A DNA stretch of 64,000 nt from a virus (Duplodnaviria; Caudoviricetes). The notes under the pieces were generated by a model. The model saw only the letters and a list, made by a program, of their open reading frames with translations, did no database searches and was not told where the DNA came from. The number at the start of each line of letters is the position of its first letter. Position 1 is the first letter of the stretch. Position numbers and translations under genes: made by a program. The stretch is taken from the IMG/VR virus record IMGVR_UViG_3300020185_001680, positions 1,727 through 65,726 of that record; one strand, written 5' to 3'. Positions 28,214-37,729 of the stretch are shown here, in pieces.

Positions 28214-29373
28214 TACATACCTGCTAGATTCTTAAGTTCCTGTATTTCAATTGCTTCGTTTAACTCGGCCATTGCTACTATAGGAGTTAAGAACACAACA
28301 TCACTTGCATCTTCATGTAATGATACTTTATAACCTGCTTGTTCCCAAGTAATGCCTGCCGCTTCTAATACACTGTTTGCATATTCAAATGCTTCGGCTC
28401 TCATAGCTCTAACTTGTTTTACAAACTGACCATAAAACTCTGGGGCCGCTTTCTGTAGTCCTGATTTCTTAATAGCAGGAGTAATTGCTTGAACATATTT
28501 GTCAACATCATACTTTACATCATGTTTCTTTAACAATTCTAAAAACTGTTTTGCATGTTCTATTCTAGCACCCTGATCTTTGCCTTGGTCAACCATACCT
28601 GTTTGGTGCAGTTTTATATCGTTCATATGCACACCTTGTAGTGGTAATTCAGGCTTTGGTGCTTGTACTTGTGGCTTCTTAATCATTTTAGATGCCAATC
28701 TGCCTAACCCAGCACCTGCAACAGCGCCTACTTTAGCGGCTGTGGTTGCATCTGGATCTTGCATTGTTTTGTTTGCTAACGTGCCGCCCATAGCCGCAAC
28801 AGCCTTATCTTTAACTTTATCTGCAATACTTTTATCTGAATATGTGCCTTTAGCAATAGATATTAATTCCATACTAATTGTATCTTTATCTGCTAACGGG
28901 TATGTTCCTGGTATAGGCTCTCTTAATGCCTTTGGATCATCCATATCTGGTTGCCCTGGAACTTTCTTAGTTTTAGAAACTTCTTGCCATTGGTAGCCTG
29001 TTTGTCCTTTACCTGTTTGAATATACTGGAATGCAACATCGTCTCTGTTAGGATGCATAACAACTTGGTTTTGCATATTCTTTGCGGCGGCTTTGTGTGC
29101 TCCGAACTGTCCTATTTCACCAGTCTTCTTAGCACCAGCGGCATTGCCTGCGGCTTGTTGAGCTTTTTGTCTATCAATTTTTTTCTGTTTAGCCATAGCG
29201 GCAACTCTTCCAGGTGCCATTTTGTCATTGCTCATTGCACCTTTTTCTTGGCCTCTATATAACGCTGATGTACCAGTGTCTCCACCGCCTCTGCTCGAAC
29301 CTTTGTTAGTTCTTTTGTACCCAACTTCTGGGCCTCTTTCGTTTACTAAATCACCAAATTCAAAAATTTTCAT
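28213..29373 (-). CDS. Hypothetical protein with putative capsid-targeting leader
   Basis: MKIFEFGDLVNE; Ala/Lys/Gly-rich; ends ELKNLAGM. Confidence 0.7.
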   Translation of the reverse strand: MKIFEFGDLVNERGPEVGYKRTNKGSSRGGGDTGTSALYRGQEKGAMSNDKMAPGRVAAMAKQKKIDRQKAQQAAGNAAGAKKTGEIGQFGAHKAAAKNMQNQVVMHPNRDDVAFQYIQTGKGQTGYQWQEVSKTKKVPGQPDMDDPKALREPIPGTYPLADKDTISMELISIAKGTYSDKSIADKVKDKAVAAMGGTLANKTMQDPDATTAAKVGAVAGAGLGRLASKMIKKPQVQAPKPELPLQGVHMNDIKLHQTGMVDQGKDQGARIEHAKQFLELLKKHDVKYDVDKYVQAITPAIKKSGLQKAAPEFYGQFVKQVRAMRAEAFEYANSVLEAAGITWEQAGYKVSLHEDASDVVFLTPIVAMAELNEAIEIQELKNLAGM

Positions 29374-29374
29374 A

Positions 29375-29632
29375 TTAATTCTCTTTGTTTTCGAGTATTT
29401 TTTTTATACCCCTCGAGAATTTTTTTGGATCGCCACTTTTAATGCTATTGATAAGTCTTCTTTCTAAGTCTAGAGCATCTTCTTCACTGTATGTTTCTTG
29501 TAACATCTTTTTAAGATTCTGTACAGCAGACACAACATTTTCCACTCTGTTTTCTAAAACATGGTGCTTGTCTCTGTCAACAGAAATCTGTTGTAGTTCT
29601 TCTAAGATTGTTCTAGACTTTTTTAATGACAT
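29375..29632 (-). CDS. Hypothetical protein
   Basis: 85 aa, helical; late box at 29655-29662. Confidence 0.7.
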   Translation of the reverse strand: MSLKKSRTILEELQQISVDRDKHHVLENRVENVVSAVQNLKKMLQETYSEEDALDLERRLINSIKSGDPKKFSRGIKKILENKEN

Positions 29633-29664
29633 AATTAAATTCCCTATGTATCTGTATTTATCAA

Positions 29665-31047
29665 TTAGAGGTCATTTTTCTTCATAAACTCTCGCATGTT
29701 TAATGCTTGGTTCACAGTATCTTGTTGCTCTGGCTCATCTGCCTTGATACTTTTATTCCTACTAAGTTGTTCTAGTAATCCACTAGATGCTACACTTACA
29801 GCACCCTCATCGCCTTCTTCTAAATCTTCTACTCTTAATGTATCAGGACAAAATTTCAAATCTACTTTACTACCAACACCACTACTAGAACGTGTTTTCA
29901 TAAACTGTATTTGATATCTACCACGTTCCCTCATTGCATTACTTGTAAAAATACCAATTACATTATCCGCTGTTTGTATCTTAGATATACCACCTGCAAT
30001 ATGGTGGTGGTCAAATTCTATTTCTTCTACTGCACCCCTATTCAACTGCGATGCTGTTACAAGTATTACACCAGTTTCCATTGCTAAGTTACGCAATTCT
30101 TCTGATACAAACTTGTCTTTGATAAACTGGTCATTAGCACTAATCTTGCTGTTAATAGGCATCATTAAATCCAAGTAATCAACTAATACAACATCGACTT
30201 TTAAGTCTGAATTAATTTCATACTCTCTAATAAATGCCCTAACATCATTAGTTGTTACACCACTGCTCATTTGTTTTACTCTGAACTTGCCTGCACCTTT
30301 ACCTTTCATACGCACTTTTAAATCAACGTCATCCATATTCTTCATAACATCTTTAGTACTGTAGCCACTTACCATTGCATCTAGACGCATACTAATAAGT
30401 TGTTCACTAAGCTCTAAACTAATATATACAACATTAAGTCCTGCTAAACTCCAGTTAACACCTAAGTTCTGTAAGAACAAACTTTTACCTGCACCTGAGC
30501 CTCCAGCAAAAATAGTAATCTCGCCTTTGTTTAATCCACCATATAATTTTCTATCAACATCTCGCCATCCTGTGCTTGTTGCACCTGCTTGACTTTTAAT
30601 GTATTGTAAACGTTCTTTAGGGTTATCAAAATACTCTAGTCCTAAGTCTTTTACTAATCCTACTTGACTTGCTTCTTTAATTAATACTTCTACTGCACCA
30701 TAGTCTGCTGTTTCTAATAAGTCTGTACTTTCTAAGATTGCTTTTTCTAATGCTTTGTGTCTACAAAATCTTTCAAAACTATCTAAGAACCAATCCACGT
30801 GGTTATCGTTAACACCATCTATACGTTCTAAGTCTACATTTGTTGTTGCACTAATTTGGTCAATAGTGGGTATGCTACTATAATCTGTAGCATGGTCCTT
30901 TAAGAATTTAACGGTTGCTTGAAACTTTTTGTTAAACATATACGGTTCAATAATACCGTTTACCCTAACAAACAATTCTGGATCAGTAACTAAAAAGTTA
31001 AGGAATAACTGTTGTATTTCTTCGTTGTAATCTTGTATTTGATCCAT
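29665..31047 (-). CDS. Replicative DnaB-family helicase (T4 gp41-like)
   Basis: Walker A GGSGAGKS, YISLEL, VLVDYLDLM, TASQLNR, IQTAD, KTR. Confidence 0.93.
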   Translation of the reverse strand: MDQIQDYNEEIQQLFLNFLVTDPELFVRVNGIIEPYMFNKKFQATVKFLKDHATDYSSIPTIDQISATTNVDLERIDGVNDNHVDWFLDSFERFCRHKALEKAILESTDLLETADYGAVEVLIKEASQVGLVKDLGLEYFDNPKERLQYIKSQAGATSTGWRDVDRKLYGGLNKGEITIFAGGSGAGKSLFLQNLGVNWSLAGLNVVYISLELSEQLISMRLDAMVSGYSTKDVMKNMDDVDLKVRMKGKGAGKFRVKQMSSGVTTNDVRAFIREYEINSDLKVDVVLVDYLDLMMPINSKISANDQFIKDKFVSEELRNLAMETGVILVTASQLNRGAVEEIEFDHHHIAGGISKIQTADNVIGIFTSNAMRERGRYQIQFMKTRSSSGVGSKVDLKFCPDTLRVEDLEEGDEGAVSVASSGLLEQLSRNKSIKADEPEQQDTVNQALNMREFMKKNDL

Positions 31048-31844
31048 TATTGTTTCATGTCCTTCTTTATGTGATTGTATATTAATTTATGTCCTTCTAG
31101 ACTTGGATGCCCGTCTTCGTGGCTTACTGTTTTGTTGTCCATCATAAAACTCATCGGCTTACCAGTCCATTTTGTTATATCTATTTCTTTTAATAAGTGT
31201 CTTTCGTAGTCGCACAGCATATGGTTGCTGTTAAAATCATAGCCGGAGCCGCCCATTGCTATAGTAGGTATATGTGATTCGTTAGACATACTAGTAAAAA
31301 GAAATGGAATGTTTCTTCTTAGTAATGCTTGTTGCATTGTGATAACTGTTTTTAAAAAGTCTATTCTGTAATCTTGTAACGACTTGCCGTGTAATAATTC
31401 TGCGGTCATAGCCTTGTTTGTTAAATTGAATGTTTTTTCCACTCCGACATTTGCAGGAGTATCATCCATGTACTTGTAGTCGTCTGTGTGCCAGTCGTAC
31501 AATCCTTTCTCGTAAGAACCTTCTACTTTATTGTAAGGGTCATTTGTTATTACATGCCCAGCATTACAAAAGTTTACCCATTGCTTTGTCATAGTGTTGT
31601 AACGCTCTTGTCTATGCAGTGCTGTCCACTGTACTATAACATAGTCATATGAATTGTCTAGTTCTTCAAACACTCTACGACTTATTTTGTGGTTGCTGTT
31701 TCCACCTAATGCAATGTTGTTTACATCTGCATCTAAAAAACTGCACCATGTTGTTTGGTTGTTCTTTACTACTAGCCCTGTTTCTTCGTCATGTATTACA
31801 TCTGACCCGCCAGTAAAACTGCAACCACTAATTAATATATTCAT
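31047..31844 (-). CDS. SGNH/GDSL-like hydrolase-fold protein
   Basis: ILISGCSFTGG, NIALGGNSN, VIVQWT, DGHPSLEGH; inserted between primase and helicase. Confidence 0.65.
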   Translation of the reverse strand: MNILISGCSFTGGSDVIHDEETGLVVKNNQTTWCSFLDADVNNIALGGNSNHKISRRVFEELDNSYDYVIVQWTALHRQERYNTMTKQWVNFCNAGHVITNDPYNKVEGSYEKGLYDWHTDDYKYMDDTPANVGVEKTFNLTNKAMTAELLHGKSLQDYRIDFLKTVITMQQALLRRNIPFLFTSMSNESHIPTIAMGGSGYDFNSNHMLCDYERHLLKEIDITKWTGKPMSFMMDNKTVSHEDGHPSLEGHKLIYNHIKKDMKQ

Positions 31845-32821
31845 AACATTTTGCTCTGTACACGGATTTTAACTTTATTATTTGTAGCAAAATCCACAAT
31901 ACTTTTTACTGTAAGTAATCTACCGTAACGCTCTACTGCGTCCGCGGCATCTTTTATATCAGGATGCCAAGGTGGAAAACTAACTTCCCAACCTAAATCA
32001 ACTGCTTGGTCGATTAACTCTTTGCCTGGTTCATCTCTGTCCGGGCATAGTATAACACGTTTATTTAGTTTGTCAATTAAGTGTGCTTGTTCTGGTGTTA
32101 CTACATTTCCTAGTACACTTATGCCGTCAACAAACACTGCATCAAATACACCTTCTACCACAATAACAAAATCTCTATCACTGTCTACAAACCTATCAAT
32201 ATTGAATACATACCCAGGTTGTGTGTTTAGCAAATACTTTGCTGTTTCTTTATTAGGTGGATTTACATGCCTTCCTGTCCACCCTACTAATTTGTTATTG
32301 TACATAAACGGTATTGTAAGCCTAGCACTATAAACAGGATTATTAATATGCAATAATGGAAACTTGCCTAATAGTCCACGCTCAATTGCATACTGTTTTA
32401 CTTTATGGTCATCGGGCAAGTCTTCTACCATAGTAGTTTCATCTGGCAGACTATGTGTTTTAAATTCTGCCGCACTGTACACATAACTATCGTCAGTATC
32501 TTCTATTTCTAGCTCTTCGCCAAACTTCATCAAGTCTAATACAACTTTATGAATGTCTGTTACCTGCACACCCAATGTCTCAACTAGTTTTTTATACTTG
32601 CCACCTAATCTAGGTGCAGGTGCCCAACCAGTTGTGTATTGGCAATTGAAACAATGGAAACTTATTTTGCTACCCGATTGTATAACACCAGCACGTTTAC
32701 GCCTGTCGCTACACATTGGGCAATTGAATGTTGTCCAGCCGCCTGGAGTCTTGCCATTTTGTAACGGCAAGTTATCCATTAACAGTCGGTGTACTTGGTC
32801 AACTAATTCATGATGATGCAT
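31841..32821 (-). CDS. DNA primase (Zn finger plus Toprim; gp61/DnaG-like)
   Basis: CPMC...HCFNC, IPFM..VGWTGR, KYL, VVEGVFDA, PDRDEPG, KDAAD. Confidence 0.9.
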   Translation of the reverse strand: MHHHELVDQVHRLLMDNLPLQNGKTPGGWTTFNCPMCSDRRKRAGVIQSGSKISFHCFNCQYTTGWAPAPRLGGKYKKLVETLGVQVTDIHKVVLDLMKFGEELEIEDTDDSYVYSAAEFKTHSLPDETTMVEDLPDDHKVKQYAIERGLLGKFPLLHINNPVYSARLTIPFMYNNKLVGWTGRHVNPPNKETAKYLLNTQPGYVFNIDRFVDSDRDFVIVVEGVFDAVFVDGISVLGNVVTPEQAHLIDKLNKRVILCPDRDEPGKELIDQAVDLGWEVSFPPWHPDIKDAADAVERYGRLLTVKSIVDFATNNKVKIRVQSKML

Positions 32822-32828
32822 AACAGTA

Positions 32829-32856
32829 ATTATAACACCTAGTATTTAAAAGTCAA
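32829..32856 (-). promoter_or_regulatory. Sigma70-type promoter directly upstream of primase (probably leaderless)
   Basis: TTGACT-16 nt-TATAAT, then 7 nt to ATG with no RBS. Confidence 0.65.
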
Positions 32857-33687
32857 CTAGTTTCTGAGTAAAACTTTATCTAAAGTTCCTGAAGTTTGGT
32901 CAAAAATAACTCTAATCCAATTAGTGTTTATTGTGAAGTTAAAAGGATCAACGCCATTTGTTGCTGTAGTATAAGGAATTGCTGGATTACCAATATCACC
33001 TTGTGCATTAATATCATACCAATCTGTATCTTGTGTTGGTGCTGATGCTAGTGCTGAACCTTGTATTTTAACAGTGCCTACAAAGTCTGTCATATAAAGT
33101 GCTATTGTGTGTCCGCTATGCTTATAGTTTTTATCTTGATTACCATACAACGAAGAGGTTGCAAAGGAATCTATACCGTCTACACCAACACTTGCTGTCT
33201 GTGTGAACACAGATGCTGTTTGAGTTGGGCTTGGTTCATACTCTAAACTACTTTTGATTTCTAAATCAGTTATAATTCTATCGTTTTGATTTGCGTATAA
33301 CGGAGACTGTGTTACACCTGAATCTGCACTTTCACTGATTGCTATTTGATATAGCCCGGGTGACAAATCTTGTATATCACCTGTAACTAAATCTAGTCTT
33401 GCTTCGCCTGTTGTTCCACCACTAACTAACGTTAACGGTTTAAATAAAACACGTTTACTAGTGTTAGGATTAATAACTGTAGCATACAGTGTTTTGGTGC
33501 TAAGATTTTGCTTAACTCTGTCTCTGTTTCTTACATGAAAGTTTAATTGATTGTTTAACCCTTTATGTACTACTAATTTTGTCTGATTCATAGGTCTATT
33601 ATCCACATATATACCATCCGCACTAAGAACTAAATCTACGGTCTGATATCCTAAGTTATATAATGTATGTGCGGTTCCGCTTGTCAT
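32857..33687 (-). CDS. Probable virion structural protein (BppU-like beta-sandwich)
   Basis: LVVHKGLNNQLNFHVRNRD..., GEARLDL...GLYQIAI; late box 33712-33719. Confidence 0.5.
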   Translation of the reverse strand: MTSGTAHTLYNLGYQTVDLVLSADGIYVDNRPMNQTKLVVHKGLNNQLNFHVRNRDRVKQNLSTKTLYATVINPNTSKRVLFKPLTLVSGGTTGEARLDLVTGDIQDLSPGLYQIAISESADSGVTQSPLYANQNDRIITDLEIKSSLEYEPSPTQTASVFTQTASVGVDGIDSFATSSLYGNQDKNYKHSGHTIALYMTDFVGTVKIQGSALASAPTQDTDWYDINAQGDIGNPAIPYTTATNGVDPFNFTINTNWIRVIFDQTSGTLDKVLLRN

Positions 33688-33741
33688 TGTTCTTTACCAT
33701 TATCTTTACTATATTTATCAATTAAACACATAAATATCACG

Positions 33742-34113
33742 ATGACTAAAGAACAAGAGCTACAAGATAAATTTCCATTTTTGACTGGTTTGCTCTTTAG
33801 CGAAAAAGAATTCGTAGGTATTGTACAAAATCAAGATAAACAAATCATAAGTTTCTATGATATTGAACGTTGCAAAACCGGGGAGCATAAAAAATTAATG
33901 CTTGATTACGGAGAACTATGGTGGTGGGAGTCAAATAGACAATTGCCAATAGATATATTCTTATTCCAAGAGATGCAAGAATTACAGTACTGCCTGAGAA
34001 CATTTATTCTAAAAGAGACGGATGTATTATTCGGTCCTGTGACCAGTATGCAGAATATTCTTAAGAAGCGAATAAAACGAAGAAGTATTCAGTTAGTTAA
34101 AAAGACTATTTAA
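33742..34113 (+). CDS. Hypothetical protein (one of two plus-strand genes)
   Basis: Start revised to MTKEQELQDKFPFL; CATAAATA (33729-33736) 5 nt upstream; GELWWWESNRQLPI motif; stop overlaps the mini-DnaE stop. Confidence 0.8.
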   Translation: MTKEQELQDKFPFLTGLLFSEKEFVGIVQNQDKQIISFYDIERCKTGEHKKLMLDYGELWWWESNRQLPIDIFLFQEMQELQYCLRTFILKETDVLFGPVTSMQNILKKRIKRRSIQLVKKTI

Positions 34114-34676
34114 ACCTTACCGACCAAAAGATTCAGTTGGACTATAATTACCATTGCGTATCCTATCGCATGACTTTTCTTAAAGAAGTAGTCGTCAGTT
34201 CTTTCCCATACTTCTTTTTCAATAATATCCCAACTGTTACCTACCAAGTATCGCTTGCCTGGTCTAATCATTGCAAGTATCATTGCTAGTTGTTCAACAT
34301 TTTTAGGTTGGTGCTGTTTAATAATATCATAGTGATTACCAACGTGGAAGAGTTGCTTAACAATTTCTTCATGTTCAAATAACTCCCACATTGGTTCTTT
34401 TGACAATAGACTATCTAAGTGTGCTTCGTCTATGATATCTTTGTAAACACTATTATTCAATACGTCTACTTTAAAATACCCCATGTCCTCTGCTTCTTTA
34501 TGATCTATTGTGCTGTATCCTTCTAAAGGAAAAGAAGGAATAGGCTGGAAGTAAACTCCGGTGTTGTGCTTTTCATATGATTGCTCACGTTTGATACTAG
34601 CAGGTATAGGATCAAAAAGTTCTAAGAACTTATCCCTATTTGCCATATCAATATCAACATCGAAGTTTATTTTCAT
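34110..34676 (-). CDS. Minimal DNA polymerase III alpha (DnaE, C-family) catalytic core
   Basis: In order: FDVDID, KHNTGVYF, GYFKVDVL, QPKNVEQLAMILAMIRPG, YFFKKSHAIGYA, matching DnaE PDFDVD, KHAGGVV, GLVKFDFL, P..FEDMIALVALFRPG, YGFNKSHSAAYA. Confidence 0.85.
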   Translation of the reverse strand: MKINFDVDIDMANRDKFLELFDPIPASIKREQSYEKHNTGVYFQPIPSFPLEGYSTIDHKEAEDMGYFKVDVLNNSVYKDIIDEAHLDSLLSKEPMWELFEHEEIVKQLFHVGNHYDIIKQHQPKNVEQLAMILAMIRPGKRYLVGNSWDIIEKEVWERTDDYFFKKSHAIGYAMVIIVQLNLLVGKV

Positions 34677-35008
34677 AGTTTGCCTTTTATTTTATCTATC
34701 ATACGTTGTGCATTATACAACTCTTTGATAGCATTGTCATCCTCTAAAGATTCAATTACACTTAATAGTGCATCTAACTTACCTAATTTTTCTTCGTCAA
34801 GTTCGAACTTACCTATTTGAATCTTGTTCTCTTTATTAATATTATTAAAATCTAATGTAATATTATCATCGAGTGTAAAATAAGGTGTACTTGCATCATT
34901 AATAGTAACTGTTGATGTATCCATTGTTGTGTCAATTGTTGTGTATATATCACTGCCCACTGTAATTGACCCCATGTTATCGTAATTATAATCGTCGTAG
35001 TCGTTCAT
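34673..35008 (-). CDS. Hypothetical protein
   Basis: 111 aa, Asp/Thr-rich N-terminus, ATGA-coupled to mini-DnaE. Confidence 0.65.
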   Translation of the reverse strand: MNDYDDYNYDNMGSITVGSDIYTTIDTTMDTSTVTINDASTPYFTLDDNITLDFNNINKENKIQIGKFELDEEKLGKLDALLSVIESLEDDNAIKELYNAQRMIDKIKGKL

Positions 35009-35009
35009 C

Positions 35010-35264
35010 TCATTCTCCTTCTGTGTACAACATACTCCACTTCATTAACTTTTCTTTCTTAACTTGTATACGTTCTTGTATTTGTTCTTCACTTACAAGT
35101 CCACCATCACGCAAGATTTCAATCATGCACATTACATCGCCGATTTCTTCTTGTAGTTGTGTGTAGTCTTGGTCTTCTCCAAAACGTAACATTTTACTAC
35201 ATGCCTGAATTAACTCACCACATTCTTCCATGGTGATTACTAACATTTCTTCCCTTTTTTTCAT
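35010..35264 (-). CDS. MazG-like nucleotide pyrophosphohydrolase
   Basis: MEECGELIQA...LQEEIGDV. Confidence 0.85.
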   Translation of the reverse strand: MKKREEMLVITMEECGELIQACSKMLRFGEDQDYTQLQEEIGDVMCMIEILRDGGLVSEEQIQERIQVKKEKLMKWSMLYTEGE

Positions 35265-35929
35265 ATCTCTTTACTCTTGTATTCCTCTGCCATAGGGAAA
35301 ATTCTAGCAATAGCATCCGCTATTGCCCATGCTAACTCCATATGCTCTAACTGTGTTCCGTTGGAGCCACGCAATTCAATGTAATGAATCCAACTACGCA
35401 ACGTACCGTTCACATACAGCCTGCTTAGTGTGTTTCCTTCTGGAAGTACTGCTCTTGCCTGCTCTTTAGCAATACCATTGCTTACAGCGTAATTGTATGC
35501 TTCTGTGGCAGTGTCTATAACCTTCTGTTGCATGTCTGCCCAGCCATGCTGTAACAATCCATCATCTGTTGAAACACTATTCTGCCTATTTTTAGGATCT
35601 TGCAGTCTTGCTTCACGAATTTCAAACTCTAAATCCTTTGTAGGGTCTGCATAACGTTGACTAAACTCTTGGAAACTAAAACTTCTGTGCCGTAACAGTT
35701 GTCTTGCTATGTCTCTGGTTGTTTCTACTTCCATACACACTGATACCATTTCAAGTGGACTCCAATGTTTATGTTTAATCAAATATTTCACAAGTTTTTC
35801 ATTTGTTTCTGTGTTATTCTGATTACCAGGATTACTTACTCTAGCACAGTAAGCCACTAAATCCAAAAGACTGGGGTCTGCACCTGTTAATGCTGGTGCT
35901 TGACTATAACTAATTATTTTTGTTTTCAT
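35261..35929 (-). CDS. thyX: Flavin-dependent thymidylate synthase
   Basis: HWSPLE, RQLLRHRSFSFQEFSQRY, EQARAVLP, LRSWIHYIELR. Confidence 0.97.
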   Translation of the reverse strand: MKTKIISYSQAPALTGADPSLLDLVAYCARVSNPGNQNNTETNEKLVKYLIKHKHWSPLEMVSVCMEVETTRDIARQLLRHRSFSFQEFSQRYADPTKDLEFEIREARLQDPKNRQNSVSTDDGLLQHGWADMQQKVIDTATEAYNYAVSNGIAKEQARAVLPEGNTLSRLYVNGTLRSWIHYIELRGSNGTQLEHMELAWAIADAIARIFPMAEEYKSKEI

Positions 35930-36594
35930 ATTTTTGCTTCCTTACAAGCCTGTTTAATTTCGTTTGCTTCTTCTTTGTTCGCAGTAAACAGTTTCATCCA
36001 AAATGGAGGATCAATCACATCTTGTATCATTTTAACTTGCTCACTATTGAATCTTTCTAATAATTTATCACCCGATTCGCTAAGATATAATATCCAAGGA
36101 CTTACTTTTGCACTTCTTAAATCATACACTGCTCTGCTAGGCGATACTTTTTCAAAGTAATCTTGCCAAGGCTCATTATTTTCTTCGCCCCAACCTGCAA
36201 GATATATCACAGTACGCTCTAACGCCCTAAGTCCTGGTTCTTTCCTAACATAAATCTTTAAGTACTTGTCATACTCTTTGTCTGATGCCCATTGTTTTAA
36301 CTTTACACCTGTCTTAATAAGATGCTCAGTGTACTTCACAGGGTCTAACCATTCGTTTACTGTACACGCTCTACCATATTTTACAAATGCTTCATAATAT
36401 TGACTGCGAATAAAGTCTTCGATGCTCTTGGGTTCTTTTGCACTAGTGTTTATTTCATAGAATATCTGAAATGCTCTGTGTGCCAATCTAATATGACTCA
36501 TATCTTTGTCTGCCCAGCGCCTTTTCTTTACGCACATATGGACAGCCAGAGTAGTCTCAGACTTAAATGACTTTTTACACCACTTACATTCCAT
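35926..36594 (-). CDS. C2H2-type zinc-finger hypothetical protein
   Basis: CKWCKKSFKSETTLAVHMC at the N-terminus. Confidence 0.7.
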   Translation of the reverse strand: MECKWCKKSFKSETTLAVHMCVKKRRWADKDMSHIRLAHRAFQIFYEINTSAKEPKSIEDFIRSQYYEAFVKYGRACTVNEWLDPVKYTEHLIKTGVKLKQWASDKEYDKYLKIYVRKEPGLRALERTVIYLAGWGEENNEPWQDYFEKVSPSRAVYDLRSAKVSPWILYLSESGDKLLERFNSEQVKMIQDVIDPPFWMKLFTANKEEANEIKQACKEAKI

Positions 36595-37058
36595 TATTTT
36601 AATAGGTCCTTAATTTCTTTATCTTCCCAACCGTGTGCTAATGCTAATTCTTTAAGGTCACTGTCATCATTTAAAGATAAAAACAATGTTACTTCATCGC
36701 CTTTCAAGTGAGGTAGTACCGAATGCACAAAGTCTCCACGTTTACTTTTCTTCTTTCTACTGTTGGGCGGTTTGATATATGGATGATGCTGTACCTTACC
36801 ACTACCAGCGGCTGTTAATAGTAACCATTGTAATTCAGGGTGCTTACTAACATCAGTAAACTTGTGATTAACTAACTCATTAACCATCCAAATATAGTCT
36901 GGTGCTGAACTGCCTTGCACACTACTCGCATACCTCATCATCATCCAGGCACTAAAAGCCTTTTTCTTTTCAGCATCAAGTTTATTATACCAGCCGCGGT
37001 CCTTTTTGTCTATGGCTTTCATAACTTCTTGTAAAGGTATTTGCGGTTTCTTTGCCAT
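36594..37058 (-). CDS. Clamp-loader small subunit (T4 gp62-like)
   Basis: FSAWMMMRYAS...VNELVN...HPELQWLLL; replication context. Confidence 0.6.
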   Translation of the reverse strand: MAKKPQIPLQEVMKAIDKKDRGWYNKLDAEKKKAFSAWMMMRYASSVQGSSAPDYIWMVNELVNHKFTDVSKHPELQWLLLTAAGSGKVQHHPYIKPPNSRKKKSKRGDFVHSVLPHLKGDEVTLFLSLNDDSDLKELALAHGWEDKEIKDLLK

Positions 37059-37059
37059 G

Positions 37060-37192
37060 CTACTTTTTCTTCCCTTTGTGAAGTTCTGCGATACGCTTCG
37101 TCTGTTCGGCTATTTGTTTCGCTTGATCCTTAATTTGTTTCTCTTGGAACTTTAACTTTTGTTCCTGGTGTTCTCTACTGTCCATCATCATT
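37060..37192 (-). CDS. Small coiled-coil hypothetical protein
   Basis: Likely starts at MMMDSREHQEQ overlapping the upstream stop; start approximate. Confidence 0.45.
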
Positions 37193-37729
37193 CTCCGTAT
37201 ATGCTTGTATATAATAAGGTTCGCCGTTAGAAACTGTCTCGTGCCATTCTTTATTTGCATTTTCATCGGCACTATCACTTATATATTTAAAACACTTAAA
37301 ATCAACACCGTGGTACTGGCACGCCTTTGCAATAGCATAAGCCTCCATATCTACTAAGTCTGCAGGTATTTCTAAGTCTGGATTATCAACAAAATTATCA
37401 CCTGTACTACAAGTATATCCTTCATCAGGGTCGTTGAAATGAATTGCAATGTAGTCCTCGAATGGGGTCATGCCTAGATCAAAGCCTAGTTCACAACAAC
37501 GCATATCACGTTGGACAAAATTTGATACTTCTACTAAATCTTTACAGTTAGAATTTATACCGCCTGCTGTGCCAAAATTCCAAACTCTACTAGGATTGTG
37601 TTCTTGTATTAGTGCCGATGCTCTAATGGCGGCATTAACTTTGCCTACACCAGTAAAAAATACATTGTCCCACTCGGCCATAGTAGGTGCTTCACTTTCT
37701 AACGCAATTAAAATTAGATCTTTCATCAA
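37175..37729 (-). CDS. mtnN: 5'-methylthioadenosine/SAH nucleosidase (PNP/UDP family)
   Basis: ALESE, TGVGKVNAA, NFGTAGG, STGDNF, VDMEAYAIAKAC, KYISDSAD. Confidence 0.85.
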   Translation of the reverse strand: MMKDLILIALESEAPTMAEWDNVFFTGVGKVNAAIRASALIQEHNPSRVWNFGTAGGINSNCKDLVEVSNFVQRDMRCCELGFDLGMTPFEDYIAIHFNDPDEGYTCSTGDNFVDNPDLEIPADLVDMEAYAIAKACQYHGVDFKCFKYISDSADENANKEWHETVSNGEPYYIQAYTENDDGQ

